A stretch of DNA of 64,000 nt, taken from the IMG/VR virus record IMGVR_UViG_3300027798_000036. One strand, 5' to 3'. This document shows positions 19,080-28,381 of this stretch, piece after piece; the stretch's first letter is position 1, and each line of letters begins with the position of its first letter. Under the pieces are notes generated by a model, which ran no database searches, was not told where the DNA came from, and was given only the letters and a program-made list of their open reading frames with translations. The stretch comes from an uncultured virus (IMG/VR IMGVR_UViG_3300027798_000036) (Duplodnaviria > Heunggongvirae > Uroviricota > Caudoviricetes). The translations under genes and the position numbers were made by a program.

Positions 19080-21478
19080 ATTTTACTTAGTGTTTTTAAT
19101 GTTTTTAACAAAGAATCTGGTGTAACAGAAATACTATCAATACCTTCACTAACTAAAAATTCTGCAAAATCAGGAAAATCAGATGGTCCTTGTCCACAAA
19201 TTCCTACCTTAGTGTTAGTTTTTTTTCCAACCTTAATAAGGTGTGATATTGCTCGTTTTACCGCAAGATTTCTCTCATCGTAAATTGAGGATACAAGTGC
19301 TGAATCTCGGTCCAATCCTAAAATCAATTGTGTTAAATCATTGGAACCAATTGAGAATCCATCAATATGTTCTGAAAATTCTTCAGCCATAAAAATATTT
19401 GATGGTAATTCTGCCATCAAATAAACCTCAAGACCTTTTTCACCTCTTTTTAATCCATAAGATTCCATGACTTTATAAACTTTTAATAACTCGTCTATTG
19501 TTCTACAAAAAGGAATCATAACTACAACATTACTAAATCCCATTTTTTCTCTAACTCTTTTGATTGCTTTAATTTCCATACCAAAAGCATCTTTATATTT
19601 TTCAGAATAATATCTTGAGGCACCCCTCCAACCAATCATTGGATTTTCTTCATCTGGTTCAAAATAAATCCCACCCAATAAATTTTTATATTCATTAGAT
19701 TTAAAATCGGAAAGTCTAACAATAACTTTATTGGGATAAAATGCCGCAGCAATTCTTGCAATACCATAACTTAATTTTTTTACAAAGAATGTTTCTTCAT
19801 CTTCATAACCTTTGGTTATTGTATTTATTTGCTCACTTAATTTTTTATCACCAATCTGTTTGTGTTGTAATAATGCCATTGGGTGAACTTTAATGTAATT
19901 ATTAATTATAAATTCTTCTCGTGCTAAACCAACTCCGGCATTTGGTAAACTTGAAAATTTAAATGCTATTTCAGGAGATGCAACATTTAACATTATGGGT
20001 GTTGATATTTTTGGTAATTCTTCCAAATTCGTTTCAATTTTTTCATAATCAATAAAACCATCATAAACAAATCCAACATCTCCTTCTCCACAAGAGACCG
20101 TAACTTTTTGGTGATTTTTTAATATGTCGGTTGCGTTCATTGTTCCAACAATTGCTGGTAATCCCATTTCTCGTGCAACAATTGCTGCGTGACAGGTTCT
20201 ACCACCTTTATTTGTAATGATTGCGGATGCTTTTTTCATTATGGGTTCCCAATCAGGGTCAGTCATATCGGTAACTAAAACACTACCTTCAACAAAGTCA
20301 GAGACATCAAACGTACCGTCACGACCATCTAATGAATACATTATTGTAACTTCTCCATTTGCAATTTTATCTCCGACTGCTCCACCTTTAACAATTGGCG
20401 TTAAATTTTCGGTATTGATTTTATATTCAACAAGTGTATCAGTTTTTTTTCTTGAATGTATTGTTTCGGGTCTGGCTTGAACAATATATAATTCATTGGT
20501 TAAACCATCAATTGCCCATTCCACATCCATAGGACACCAATATCCTTTTAAATCGGAATAATATTTTTCAATTGATGTAACCCATTTTGAGATTTCTAAT
20601 ACTTGATTATCATTGATACAAAAATTGTTTTTATGTTCCTCATCAATATTAATAATTTTGGTTAATTTACCTTGACCCTCACCATAAACCATTTTTTTAT
20701 CTTTGTTACCCAATTTTTTTTCAATAATACAAGAAAATCCTTCTTCCAATAATGGTTTGAATACAATAAATTCGTCAGGAGATACTGAACCTTGAACAAC
20801 CATCTCACCCAACCCATAACTTCCATTTATAATTACAACATCTTTGAATCCACTTTCAGTATCTAATGAAAATGCAACACCAGAAGATGATAAATCAGAA
20901 CGAACCATTTTTTGAACACAAACAGACAATCCAACATCAAAATGGTCATATCCAAAAGATGTTCTATAAGATATTGCTCTATCGGTAAACAGGGAAGCAA
21001 AACAATTTCTTACAGATTCTAAAATGGATTCTGTACCTCTAACGTTTAAAAAAGTTTCTTGTTGACCAGCAAAACTGGCATCAGGTAAATCTTCGGCGGT
21101 TGCAGATGACCTTACAGCAACGTCAGTCATTGTTTGACCATATGTTTCCGATAACTCAAGATACTTTAATTGTATTTCATTTTTTAGTTTTTCAGGAAAA
21201 ACTCCATTTCTGATTAATTCCCTAATTGCAAGACCAGTCTTACGAAGTGCGATTATGTCATTTGGGTTTAAATCTAAGATTAGTTTTCTGATAGATTTAT
21301 CTAATTTATTATGATTAATAAAATCATAATATCCTTTTACGGTTATAGCAAAACCATTTGGAACTTTAATTTTTAAAGTATTAAGATGTTGCAACATTTC
21401 ACCCAAAGATGCATTTTTTCCACCGACTACATGAATGTCTTTTAAAGACACATTGTTTAAATCAAGAATATATTTCAT
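19076..21478 (-). CDS. ppsA: phosphoenolpyruvate synthase (pyruvate, water dikinase)
   Basis: VGGKNASLGEM, RSSATAEDL, GGRTCHAAI (phospho-His), NPMIGWRGASRY, GSNDLTQ, GICGQ. Confidence 0.97.
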   Translation of the reverse strand: MKYILDLNNVSLKDIHVVGGKNASLGEMLQHLNTLKIKVPNGFAITVKGYYDFINHNKLDKSIRKLILDLNPNDIIALRKTGLAIRELIRNGVFPEKLKNEIQLKYLELSETYGQTMTDVAVRSSATAEDLPDASFAGQQETFLNVRGTESILESVRNCFASLFTDRAISYRTSFGYDHFDVGLSVCVQKMVRSDLSSSGVAFSLDTESGFKDVVIINGSYGLGEMVVQGSVSPDEFIVFKPLLEEGFSCIIEKKLGNKDKKMVYGEGQGKLTKIINIDEEHKNNFCINDNQVLEISKWVTSIEKYYSDLKGYWCPMDVEWAIDGLTNELYIVQARPETIHSRKKTDTLVEYKINTENLTPIVKGGAVGDKIANGEVTIMYSLDGRDGTFDVSDFVEGSVLVTDMTDPDWEPIMKKASAIITNKGGRTCHAAIVAREMGLPAIVGTMNATDILKNHQKVTVSCGEGDVGFVYDGFIDYEKIETNLEELPKISTPIMLNVASPEIAFKFSSLPNAGVGLAREEFIINNYIKVHPMALLQHKQIGDKKLSEQINTITKGYEDEETFFVKKLSYGIARIAAAFYPNKVIVRLSDFKSNEYKNLLGGIYFEPDEENPMIGWRGASRYYSEKYKDAFGMEIKAIKRVREKMGFSNVVVMIPFCRTIDELLKVYKVMESYGLKRGEKGLEVYLMAELPSNIFMAEEFSEHIDGFSIGSNDLTQLILGLDRDSALVSSIYDERNLAVKRAISHLIKVGKKTNTKVGICGQGPSDFPDFAEFLVSEGIDSISVTPDSLLKTLKTLSKI

Positions 21479-21500
21479 ACGTATTATTTTTTTTATTGTT

Positions 21501-21692
21501 TTAATCTTGTTTTGTTCCTAAAGCCCATACTGAATTTGGGAATAACTCTTGTCGTAATTTTAATATAATATCTCTGTGTCCCTGAAATTTATCTCCCATA
21601 ACAGATTTGTGTCCGTTTAAAACCGCTTTAGTTATTTCATAATCTAATTTGGAAATCAATGCTGATTTTTCAATATCACTCATGTTTTCCAT
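21501..21692 (-). CDS. hypothetical protein
   Basis: 63-aa ORF, translationally coupled to the upstream gene. Confidence 0.6.
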   Translation of the reverse strand: MENMSDIEKSALISKLDYEITKAVLNGHKSVMGDKFQGHRDIILKLRQELFPNSVWALGTKQD

Positions 21693-22054
21693 TATTCAAA
21701 TATTTGTATTTTAGCATCAACCTCTTTTAATTCTGTCCATGTTCCCAAATATGTAACCGCTCTAACTTTTCTATTATCAATCCACACATATTCCTGACCA
21801 TCCTTAATTCGTGGTTTATCCATAACTAATCCATGATACTTAAAACCTTTTTCTTTTAACCACAATTCTGTCACCTCTTTGTCTTTACCTTCCCTTGCGG
21901 TGAAGAATGTAATTATATTACCTTCATCATACCATTTATTAATAATCAGTAACGCAGGCTCATAGTGATTTGCCGTTGAGTACAGATGACTTTCTTCATT
22001 TTTGATGTCATCGCATATAGTACCATCAATATCAATTAGAAATACTTTGTTCAT
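21692..22054 (-). CDS. capless HAD-superfamily phosphatase
   Basis: DIDGT, FFTAR, KPR and IDN motifs. Confidence 0.85.
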   Translation of the reverse strand: MNKVFLIDIDGTICDDIKNEESHLYSTANHYEPALLIINKWYDEGNIITFFTAREGKDKEVTELWLKEKGFKYHGLVMDKPRIKDGQEYVWIDNRKVRAVTYLGTWTELKEVDAKIQIFE

Positions 22055-22235
22055 TTAATTCAATCTCCTCTTCGTATTGTCGTTTTAATTCTATATATGC
22101 CAATTCGGCACATTCAACTGTATTTAAATTAGGATGTTTTTTTCTACATTCATTAACTTTGTCATGCATCTCATTGTATTTACCAATCTCATTTGATAAA
22201 TGATACAATTCCTCAATCCATTCTTCGTTTGTCAT
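22032..22235 (-). CDS. hypothetical protein
   Basis: short ORF in an operon. Confidence 0.55.
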   Translation of the reverse strand: MTNEEWIEELYHLSNEIGKYNEMHDKVNECRKKHPNLNTVECAELAYIELKRQYEEEIELNEQSISN

Positions 22236-22786
22236 ATTAACCAATTGTCTTTTTTATTGTTTCTTATAAACCGCATGATTATCGGTGCTGGTATTAAACA
22301 TAATAAAAAAATAACAATATTGTCTAATATTTTTTTCATTTTATGATTTTTTTTTGAAATTAAAAATTGCATGTCCAACCAATGTTCCTGACATAAAACA
22401 ACATAAGATTGATAGTAAAAAATTAGACATGTTAAATGAAACCAACAAACATGCAATCGTAAATAATAAAAAAGTGAACCTATTCAAAAAATCTGTTAGG
22501 TTCATTTTTTTTTTACCATTTCTTTGATTTCCGACAATACTCCAAGTAAAATAAAACTCAAAAATAAAGTTAAAAATGGGTGTTCACTCATTACTTCAAA
22601 CGCTTCTCTCATGCCAATAAAATTAACCTTGTTGAGTTTGAGACTCTTTTAACTTAACTGCTTCAGCAATCATGTTTTCATTACTACCACCATACTTACA
22701 TGAGCATGTTGGTTTACCGTGTTGTTTCAAAATTTCTTTTGCTTCTTCTAAGTTCATAATAAAATAAGTATAATTGTTTTTTGTTT

Positions 22787-23437
22787 TTAAATCAATCTTT
22801 TTTCGTGATGGTCTTTTGGAAGTGTTAGTTTAGCAATTGGTCTATTTCTTAACAATGAAATAACTTCTTCAACGTTCATTGGGTATAGATTATTTCCATC
22901 ACAACCAACATCCATAGCACGACCTTCAGCTATTCTCAAATGAGGTGGTAAGTGAACGTGACCGTGTAAGTGCATTACATCAGCGTTCATACCATCCCAA
23001 GAACAAATTGGATAGTGCATACACACAAAAGTATATTTACGAGTTCCTGAACCATTTGGAATACGTAAGTCAAGGTGAATATAATCACTACAGGTTGTAA
23101 AAATGTCTTGAATATCACCTTTGTTTCTACGGATGTGATGGTCGTGATTTCCATGAATCAAGTGAAGATTTTTACAAACAATCCTACTCCTGAATTCTTG
23201 AATATTTTCAAACCCACCAAAACTGAAATCACCTAAGTGAATCAAAATATCATTCTCACCAACAGTTTCATTGATTCTATTAACCAACGTGTCATTCATG
23301 TGTTCAAGTGATTTAAAATCTCTTGTCGCTGAATCTGAATCGGCCCATTTTGTAGTTGCGCTACAAATATTAGAGTGACCGTAGTGGGTATCACTCGTAA
23401 AAAATAACCGTTGACCTTTTTCTAATACAACTTTCAT
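22787..23437 (-). CDS. calcineurin-like metallophosphoesterase
   Basis: SDTHYGH, HLGDF, GNHD, HYP and HGHVH motifs. Confidence 0.92.
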   Translation of the reverse strand: MKVVLEKGQRLFFTSDTHYGHSNICSATTKWADSDSATRDFKSLEHMNDTLVNRINETVGENDILIHLGDFSFGGFENIQEFRSRIVCKNLHLIHGNHDHHIRRNKGDIQDIFTTCSDYIHLDLRIPNGSGTRKYTFVCMHYPICSWDGMNADVMHLHGHVHLPPHLRIAEGRAMDVGCDGNNLYPMNVEEVISLLRNRPIAKLTLPKDHHEKRLI

Positions 23438-23582
23438 AACTTATTTACTTTGCATATAAAATGAAAAACATATAACCAAAATAAAGTAAAAACACCACAA
23501 ATATAACGGTATTAATTTCTTTTGGAATTTCATATTACAAAGATAAACAAAAAACCCAAGATTCTCATCTCGGGTTTCAATT

Positions 23583-24308
23583 TTATTTCCTTTTGTAGTT
23601 ATGTTTGTGACACTCCATCCATTTCTTATATCTTGATTTACCAAGTATATCTAACACCTTATGTAGATACTCTTTTTCACAATCTTTTATTTTACCACAC
23701 GCAGTCGCTCTATCCAAACTTGTTTTGATTTTCTCTTTTACCTGATTATTTAAATAGTGCATTTTACTTGCCCATGTTTTTTCTAAAGCGGTAAGTTTTT
23801 CTTTGTATTGAGATTCAGTTATTACACCCATTTTTAAATCATAATCTAATTTTGATTTTTCAGGCATGAACCAATTTAAGTAGTAGTTGTATTTCTGTGT
23901 TTTAGCCCAACCTTCAATTTCTCTATTAATTCTTGCGACAATTATTTTGTTTTGTTTTTGACATTCAACTTTATTTAAATGAGCCTTATTTAAAAGTTCT
24001 TTTTCAGCCTTTGTAACTTCAATACCTTTTACACAAGAATCAATTTTACCTGTTCTTGATGTAACCATTGTAAATGGGTTGTAATCCAAAAATAATGGAT
24101 AATCTATTATTGTTGCATCAGTTATTGGTGTTATGTCAGATGTCATTGGGTTATCAAAGATAACGGTACCCATAGAATCTACTACAGCGTTTGGTTCTTC
24201 ATCTACCAAAAGATTAACTGTTGGGTTTGGAGTTGGTATAGGTTCTTTTTCACAACCCATAAAACCAATCATACCAACTAAAACGAGCGATAATATTATT
24301 TTTTTCAT
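23583..24308 (-). CDS. putative lipoprotein
   Basis: MKKIILSLVLVGMIGFMG-C-EKE lipobox-like signal. Confidence 0.7.
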   Translation of the reverse strand: MKKIILSLVLVGMIGFMGCEKEPIPTPNPTVNLLVDEEPNAVVDSMGTVIFDNPMTSDITPITDATIIDYPLFLDYNPFTMVTSRTGKIDSCVKGIEVTKAEKELLNKAHLNKVECQKQNKIIVARINREIEGWAKTQKYNYYLNWFMPEKSKLDYDLKMGVITESQYKEKLTALEKTWASKMHYLNNQVKEKIKTSLDRATACGKIKDCEKEYLHKVLDILGKSRYKKWMECHKHNYKRK

Positions 24309-24421
24309 GTTTTTATTTATAAATAGTTTTTATTTTTTTAAAATTTTTGGAATACGGAATGTTCTCTTACCCATTCTATACTTTTTTGGATTAATGTTAA
24401 AAATTGTTTTAATTTCATTTT

Positions 24422-26311
24422 TTATCTTATTAATGTAAAAGTTCCGTTGTATTGAGTGGATTTATTTTCTTTTGATATTATTTCTATTTTGTAGGTGTAT
24501 ACACTACTTGGTGACATTTTACCTAAGTAGGTACCGTCCCATCCTGTATTAATATCAACAGTTTCATACAACTTCTCTCCCCACCTGTTGTAAATTTCCA
24601 TTCTAAAAGAATAACAATTTGAAATAAAGGGTTGAAAAGTGTTGTTGATAGCCGGGCCTTCTGGATTTGGGGTAAAAACATCGGGTATATACACCTGTAA
24701 ATCACAAAGGGAATCTAAAATAGTAAATTTTCTAATAACTGAATCGCATCCGTTTATATTTTGAATAGTATCTTTAAACACCCCTGATATTTTAAATGTT
24801 AAATTTTCATAAGAAAATTCCTCATCATCACATTTGCTAAATGTTTTATTAATATACTGTACTGTGGATTTGTAAAAATGAATAAATACATAAATGTTTG
24901 AGTCACATCCAGAGGTAGTTTGATTCCACTTGGTGAATTGTGTGTCATTACTGTACTTTTGTCCATCAAAAATAATCGGGTCATTACATGAATATAATTT
25001 AACTGTATCAAAATATGATAATCTATAGAGAGTGTCTATAAAGTAATTTACACACAAATTCTCTGTTTCTGTTTTATAAACAAAAGATTTTTTAGATGGG
25101 GGTTCGATGCTAATGCATTTAACATGTGGATTTAAATAGTAATTCACAGTATCTTTTGTTACTATTGTTAGATACAAAGGGTTTAAGGTGTTATCTAACT
25201 TATATGTACCATCTTGACTATAGTATTTTTCATTTACATTTATAGAATCCCCTTTACATAAGGTCCTTATCTTAAAAGATATATCTTGAGTTTCTATACA
25301 GGTATTGTTATTCAAATCAACCCAAAAATCGATGCCTGGATCTGGGTAGAAGTATTTTTGTTGAAATTTTTTATCTGAGGTTATGTAGTAATCGTGAACC
25401 TCCCCCGCCATAATGTCGATAACATTCGAGTCGATAAACGTAAGATAACTTACAGCCCATGAATTTGGGTCTCTATAACAATATCCATTTTCACATAAAT
25501 ACAAAAAATGTAAGCCGTCACATTGTCCTGAAATAGCAACTGCTGGGAAAGGTAAGTTAATCTTTCTCAGGACACGAATTGAATCAACTGAATAATTAAA
25601 AGTAAAAACATTTCCATCCTTATCTAGGGCTGATACAAATGCAGTTGTTGCTTTGATATCTACAATAGATTTTAATGCTAATCTGGATATTTTTGGATTT
25701 TTAATGAATTCACCCCACCCTCCTACATTTATAAAATCAATGTACCCATTAGAATTTAAAGCAAAAAACTTCCCACCCGCTCCCATAGCAACACGTTTTA
25801 CGTTATTAACCCCGGTGATTTGTACAACCTCTTTTATGTAACTTGTGGAATTTGTCGGAGATGTCACCCATAGACTACCATCTTTTTTCACAAAAGCCAC
25901 CCCGTTTATTGCGGCATCACAAAATGATACATTACTTATCACTCCGATAGGGTATTGAATTTCACCCCACACATATCCACTGTCATTTGTTTTAATTATT
26001 CCCATAAAGTATCCACCAGAATGGTATTTTACTTCTGAAAGGTTATATGTCCATGTAGGTGATGTAATCACCGAACGCCAACCCCTTTTTATTAAACCTG
26101 TCATACTGTATCCCCACCCGTAAAGTTTTCTTTCGGATCCACATATCATAAATCCACCGTAGGAGTACGAACTTAAATTTGTTGGTTTATACCACAAACG
26201 CCCTCCGAAACCATCACCAACAATACTATTTTGAGACCAACAAACATTTGTAAAAAATATTAAAATATAAGGTATGATATATTTTGTCATAATTTGTTTA
26301 TTGTTGCTCAT
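24422..26311 (-). CDS. secreted protein with RCC1-like propeller and gliding-motility-associated C-terminal domain (T9SS type B CTD); start may be 26290
   Basis: signal peptide; C-terminal YIPDVFTPN...IYNRWGEKLY...WDGT...YTYKI...GTFTLIR. Confidence 0.85.
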   Translation of the reverse strand: MSNNKQIMTKYIIPYILIFFTNVCWSQNSIVGDGFGGRLWYKPTNLSSYSYGGFMICGSERKLYGWGYSMTGLIKRGWRSVITSPTWTYNLSEVKYHSGGYFMGIIKTNDSGYVWGEIQYPIGVISNVSFCDAAINGVAFVKKDGSLWVTSPTNSTSYIKEVVQITGVNNVKRVAMGAGGKFFALNSNGYIDFINVGGWGEFIKNPKISRLALKSIVDIKATTAFVSALDKDGNVFTFNYSVDSIRVLRKINLPFPAVAISGQCDGLHFLYLCENGYCYRDPNSWAVSYLTFIDSNVIDIMAGEVHDYYITSDKKFQQKYFYPDPGIDFWVDLNNNTCIETQDISFKIRTLCKGDSINVNEKYYSQDGTYKLDNTLNPLYLTIVTKDTVNYYLNPHVKCISIEPPSKKSFVYKTETENLCVNYFIDTLYRLSYFDTVKLYSCNDPIIFDGQKYSNDTQFTKWNQTTSGCDSNIYVFIHFYKSTVQYINKTFSKCDDEEFSYENLTFKISGVFKDTIQNINGCDSVIRKFTILDSLCDLQVYIPDVFTPNPEGPAINNTFQPFISNCYSFRMEIYNRWGEKLYETVDINTGWDGTYLGKMSPSSVYTYKIEIISKENKSTQYNGTFTLIR

Positions 26312-26570
26312 AGTTTTTAATCTCTCGTTTTACTGCATCCCAATATCTATGCTCTGATTCCAAATTTTGAACTTCCATCCAATCAAAATCAATTGCTTCA
26401 ATTATTTTATTAATTGCAATCATTGCACATTGCTTGGCGTTCCATAATTTCATTCTTTGGGAATAAAATAAACCATCTTCCCTTATTGCTTCATTGGATG
26501 TAAATTCAATAAATGATTCTATTAATTCCTCGGCTTGTTCTTTCGGTGTCTGTTGTTTATTGTTTGTCAT
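26298..26570 (-). CDS. small phage protein, MTNNKQ cassette array
   Basis: TPKEQAEEL...AKQCAMIA...YWDAVKREI. Confidence 0.75.
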   Translation of the reverse strand: MTNNKQQTPKEQAEELIESFIEFTSNEAIREDGLFYSQRMKLWNAKQCAMIAINKIIEAIDFDWMEVQNLESEHRYWDAVKREIKNYEQQ

Positions 26571-26952
26571 CTTCTTTATATTTAATTCCTTTTATTTGAT
26601 ATGATTTTAGACTTGGTACAAGTATTTCAAAAAATAGATTAGAGTCTATAAAATAACCGTAGCTGTAACCAATTCTTAAACCAACTAACCAAGCATCAAG
26701 TTCATAGTGAAATTGGTGCGGAAATGAGTAATTCTCTTTATCTTGAAGCAGGTGTCCTAATTCATGAAAAAAAATTGCTTTTTGTATTTCCTTATTGTCG
26801 CACTTACTTATATAAATCTCCGCATTACACAGACTATTTCCACGAGATGAAAACCCAGTGTTATCTTCACCTTTGGCGTTCAAATACAAAGCAATGTTGT
26901 TTTGCTTGGCTATTTGTTCAATAGTGTAAGTTTGTTGTTTATTGTTTGTCAT
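26557..26952 (-). CDS. HExxH zinc metallopeptidase-like (ImmA/IrrE-like) protein, MTNNKQ cassette array
   Basis: FFHELGHL...ELDAW. Confidence 0.7.
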   Translation of the reverse strand: MTNNKQQTYTIEQIAKQNNIALYLNAKGEDNTGFSSRGNSLCNAEIYISKCDNKEIQKAIFFHELGHLLQDKENYSFPHQFHYELDAWLVGLRIGYSYGYFIDSNLFFEILVPSLKSYQIKGIKYKEDDKQ

Positions 26953-27001
26953 TGCTTAGATTTTGTTTTTAATTGTCCGTACCATTCTGAAAATTTCTTG
27001 T

Positions 27002-27172
27002 TCATATTATTTTTTTATTGTTTGTCATTGTTTTATCTTTTTCCATAAGTTCTTTAAGTTCTTTTTTTCTTTGTTCTCTTAGTTGTTCTCGGTTTTCAAT
27101 ACGCCATTTATTTTTTGCTATTGAATCGGTTTTATACGCAGTAGACAATAAGTGTTTGATTTTGTCATTCAT
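27002..27172 (-). CDS. small basic protein, cassette array
   Basis: GGAGGTAACAATG start; C-terminus encodes MTNNKK. Confidence 0.55.
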   Translation of the reverse strand: MNDKIKHLLSTAYKTDSIAKNKWRIENREQLREQRKKELKELMEKDKTMTNNKKII

Positions 27173-27431
27173 TGTTACCTCCGAATGTTTCGTTGTAGTA
27201 TTGTTGTGAAAAATCTTCTGCACTTTGTCGTTTTTCAAGATATTCTAAACCATAAGGCAAATTATTAAGATGAATAAACATATCCATTTGAGCATTTTTA
27301 ATTTCATCCTTTCGCATTGCTTCGGCTTGTTCAAGTGCTTTGTCAATATCAAATCCTCTCAATCTCAAATTGATGTCTTTTTTGATTTGTTCAACCAACC
27401 ACTCTACGCTACTCTGTTTATTGTTGCTCAT
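27165..27431 (-). CDS. small protein, MSNNKQ cassette array (VEWL...YYNETFGG)
   Basis: paralog of 28036-28293. Confidence 0.75.
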   Translation of the reverse strand: MSNNKQSSVEWLVEQIKKDINLRLRGFDIDKALEQAEAMRKDEIKNAQMDMFIHLNNLPYGLEYLEKRQSAEDFSQQYYNETFGGNNE

Positions 27432-27664
27432 TTGTTACCTCCTTTCTCCCTTGCAAAAATCTTAAATGTGTTTCCATTGCCATCACTAAATACAATGTTT
27501 GAAGTACTAGTATCACCAATTGTAAGGTTCATTTCTCTTTTTCCATTAATGTATTCAGCAATCATTACTGGTACATCATTATTAAATTGAAATGCCCATT
27601 CTAAGTTATCAATTTTATGGTTTACAATTGTAACTGTTCCCAAGTTTTGTTTATTGTTGCTCAT
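27428..27664 (-). CDS. small protein, MSNNKQ cassette array
   Basis: start moved to GGAGGTAACAATGAGCAAC. Confidence 0.7.
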   Translation of the reverse strand: MSNNKQNLGTVTIVNHKIDNLEWAFQFNNDVPVMIAEYINGKREMNLTIGDTSTSNIVFSDGNGNTFKIFAREKGGNK

Positions 27665-27905
27665 TGTTACCTCCTTGTATTTTATCACGCATCCAAGTTG
27701 CACCACCTAAATAAGATACATCGTAAGGGTCAAATTCGTCAAACTCCATACCATCCAACTCCATCATTTTTTTAATCTCCTCATCACTTGGTAGTTCAAT
27801 GGGTGTATATTTCATTTCTTCTAATAATTCTTGAGGAGTTACAAAATACTCTCTGTTTAAATTACCGATTATTTGTAACACTTGTTCTTCCGTGTATAGT
27901 TTCAT
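27651..27905 (-). CDS. small phage protein (MKLYTEEQV...PIELPSDEEI)
   Basis: ATGA coupling; GGAGG upstream. Confidence 0.7.
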   Translation of the reverse strand: MKLYTEEQVLQIIGNLNREYFVTPQELLEEMKYTPIELPSDEEIKKMMELDGMEFDEFDPYDVSYLGGATWMRDKIQGGNNEQQ

Positions 27906-28039
27906 TGCTCACCTCCTCCGTCTGTTTTGCTTTTTGCATTTTTGCTCATTTTGTTGAATACTTCAACATACATTCTAATTGTTGGAGATACAATATAACT
28001 TGCTACTGCACCTACCGTAAACCATATTAAATCATTCAT
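27902..28039 (-). CDS. 45-aa membrane peptide (MNDLIWFTVGAVASYIV...GGGEQ)
   Basis: ATGA overlaps at both ends; absent from the ORF track. Confidence 0.65.
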   Translation of the reverse strand: MNDLIWFTVGAVASYIVSPTIRMYVEVFNKMSKNAKSKTDGGGEQ

Positions 28040-28293
28040 TGCTTGCCTCCTCCGTAGGTTTCGTTGTAGTATTGTTCAGCTGGTATTATTTCTCTATTAA
28101 TTACCGAGTTTCTTCCCTCAATGTAATCATTTATTGTTCTTTCCTTGTCCATTTCTTTGGCTTGTTGATATGCTTTTGTTAGTTCTTCTGCATATTCAAT
28201 TGGAGAAAGTTTGCCTAACCTTACTTCGATTTCTAGAATATCTCTTCTAACCGAAAACCATTCCACTGCTGTTTGTTGTTTATTCTTTGTCAT
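28036..28293 (-). CDS. small protein, first of the cassette array (MTKNKQQTAVEW...YYNETYGG)
   Basis: paralog of 27165-27431. Confidence 0.75.
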   Translation of the reverse strand: MTKNKQQTAVEWFSVRRDILEIEVRLGKLSPIEYAEELTKAYQQAKEMDKERTINDYIEGRNSVINREIIPAEQYYNETYGGGKQ

Positions 28294-28381
28294 AACTTTT
28301 ATTTTTTAAATATTTTTCTATGTCGTTAATATACGAACAATCTTTCATAAAGCCAAATTTATTTTGAATAATTTTTTTTCT

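Noticed and set aside
26285..28293. Repeated junctions as a CRISPR array
   Set aside because: Repeats are degenerate, spacing is irregular and mostly well over 100 bp, the intervals are coding, and no cas genes are seen.
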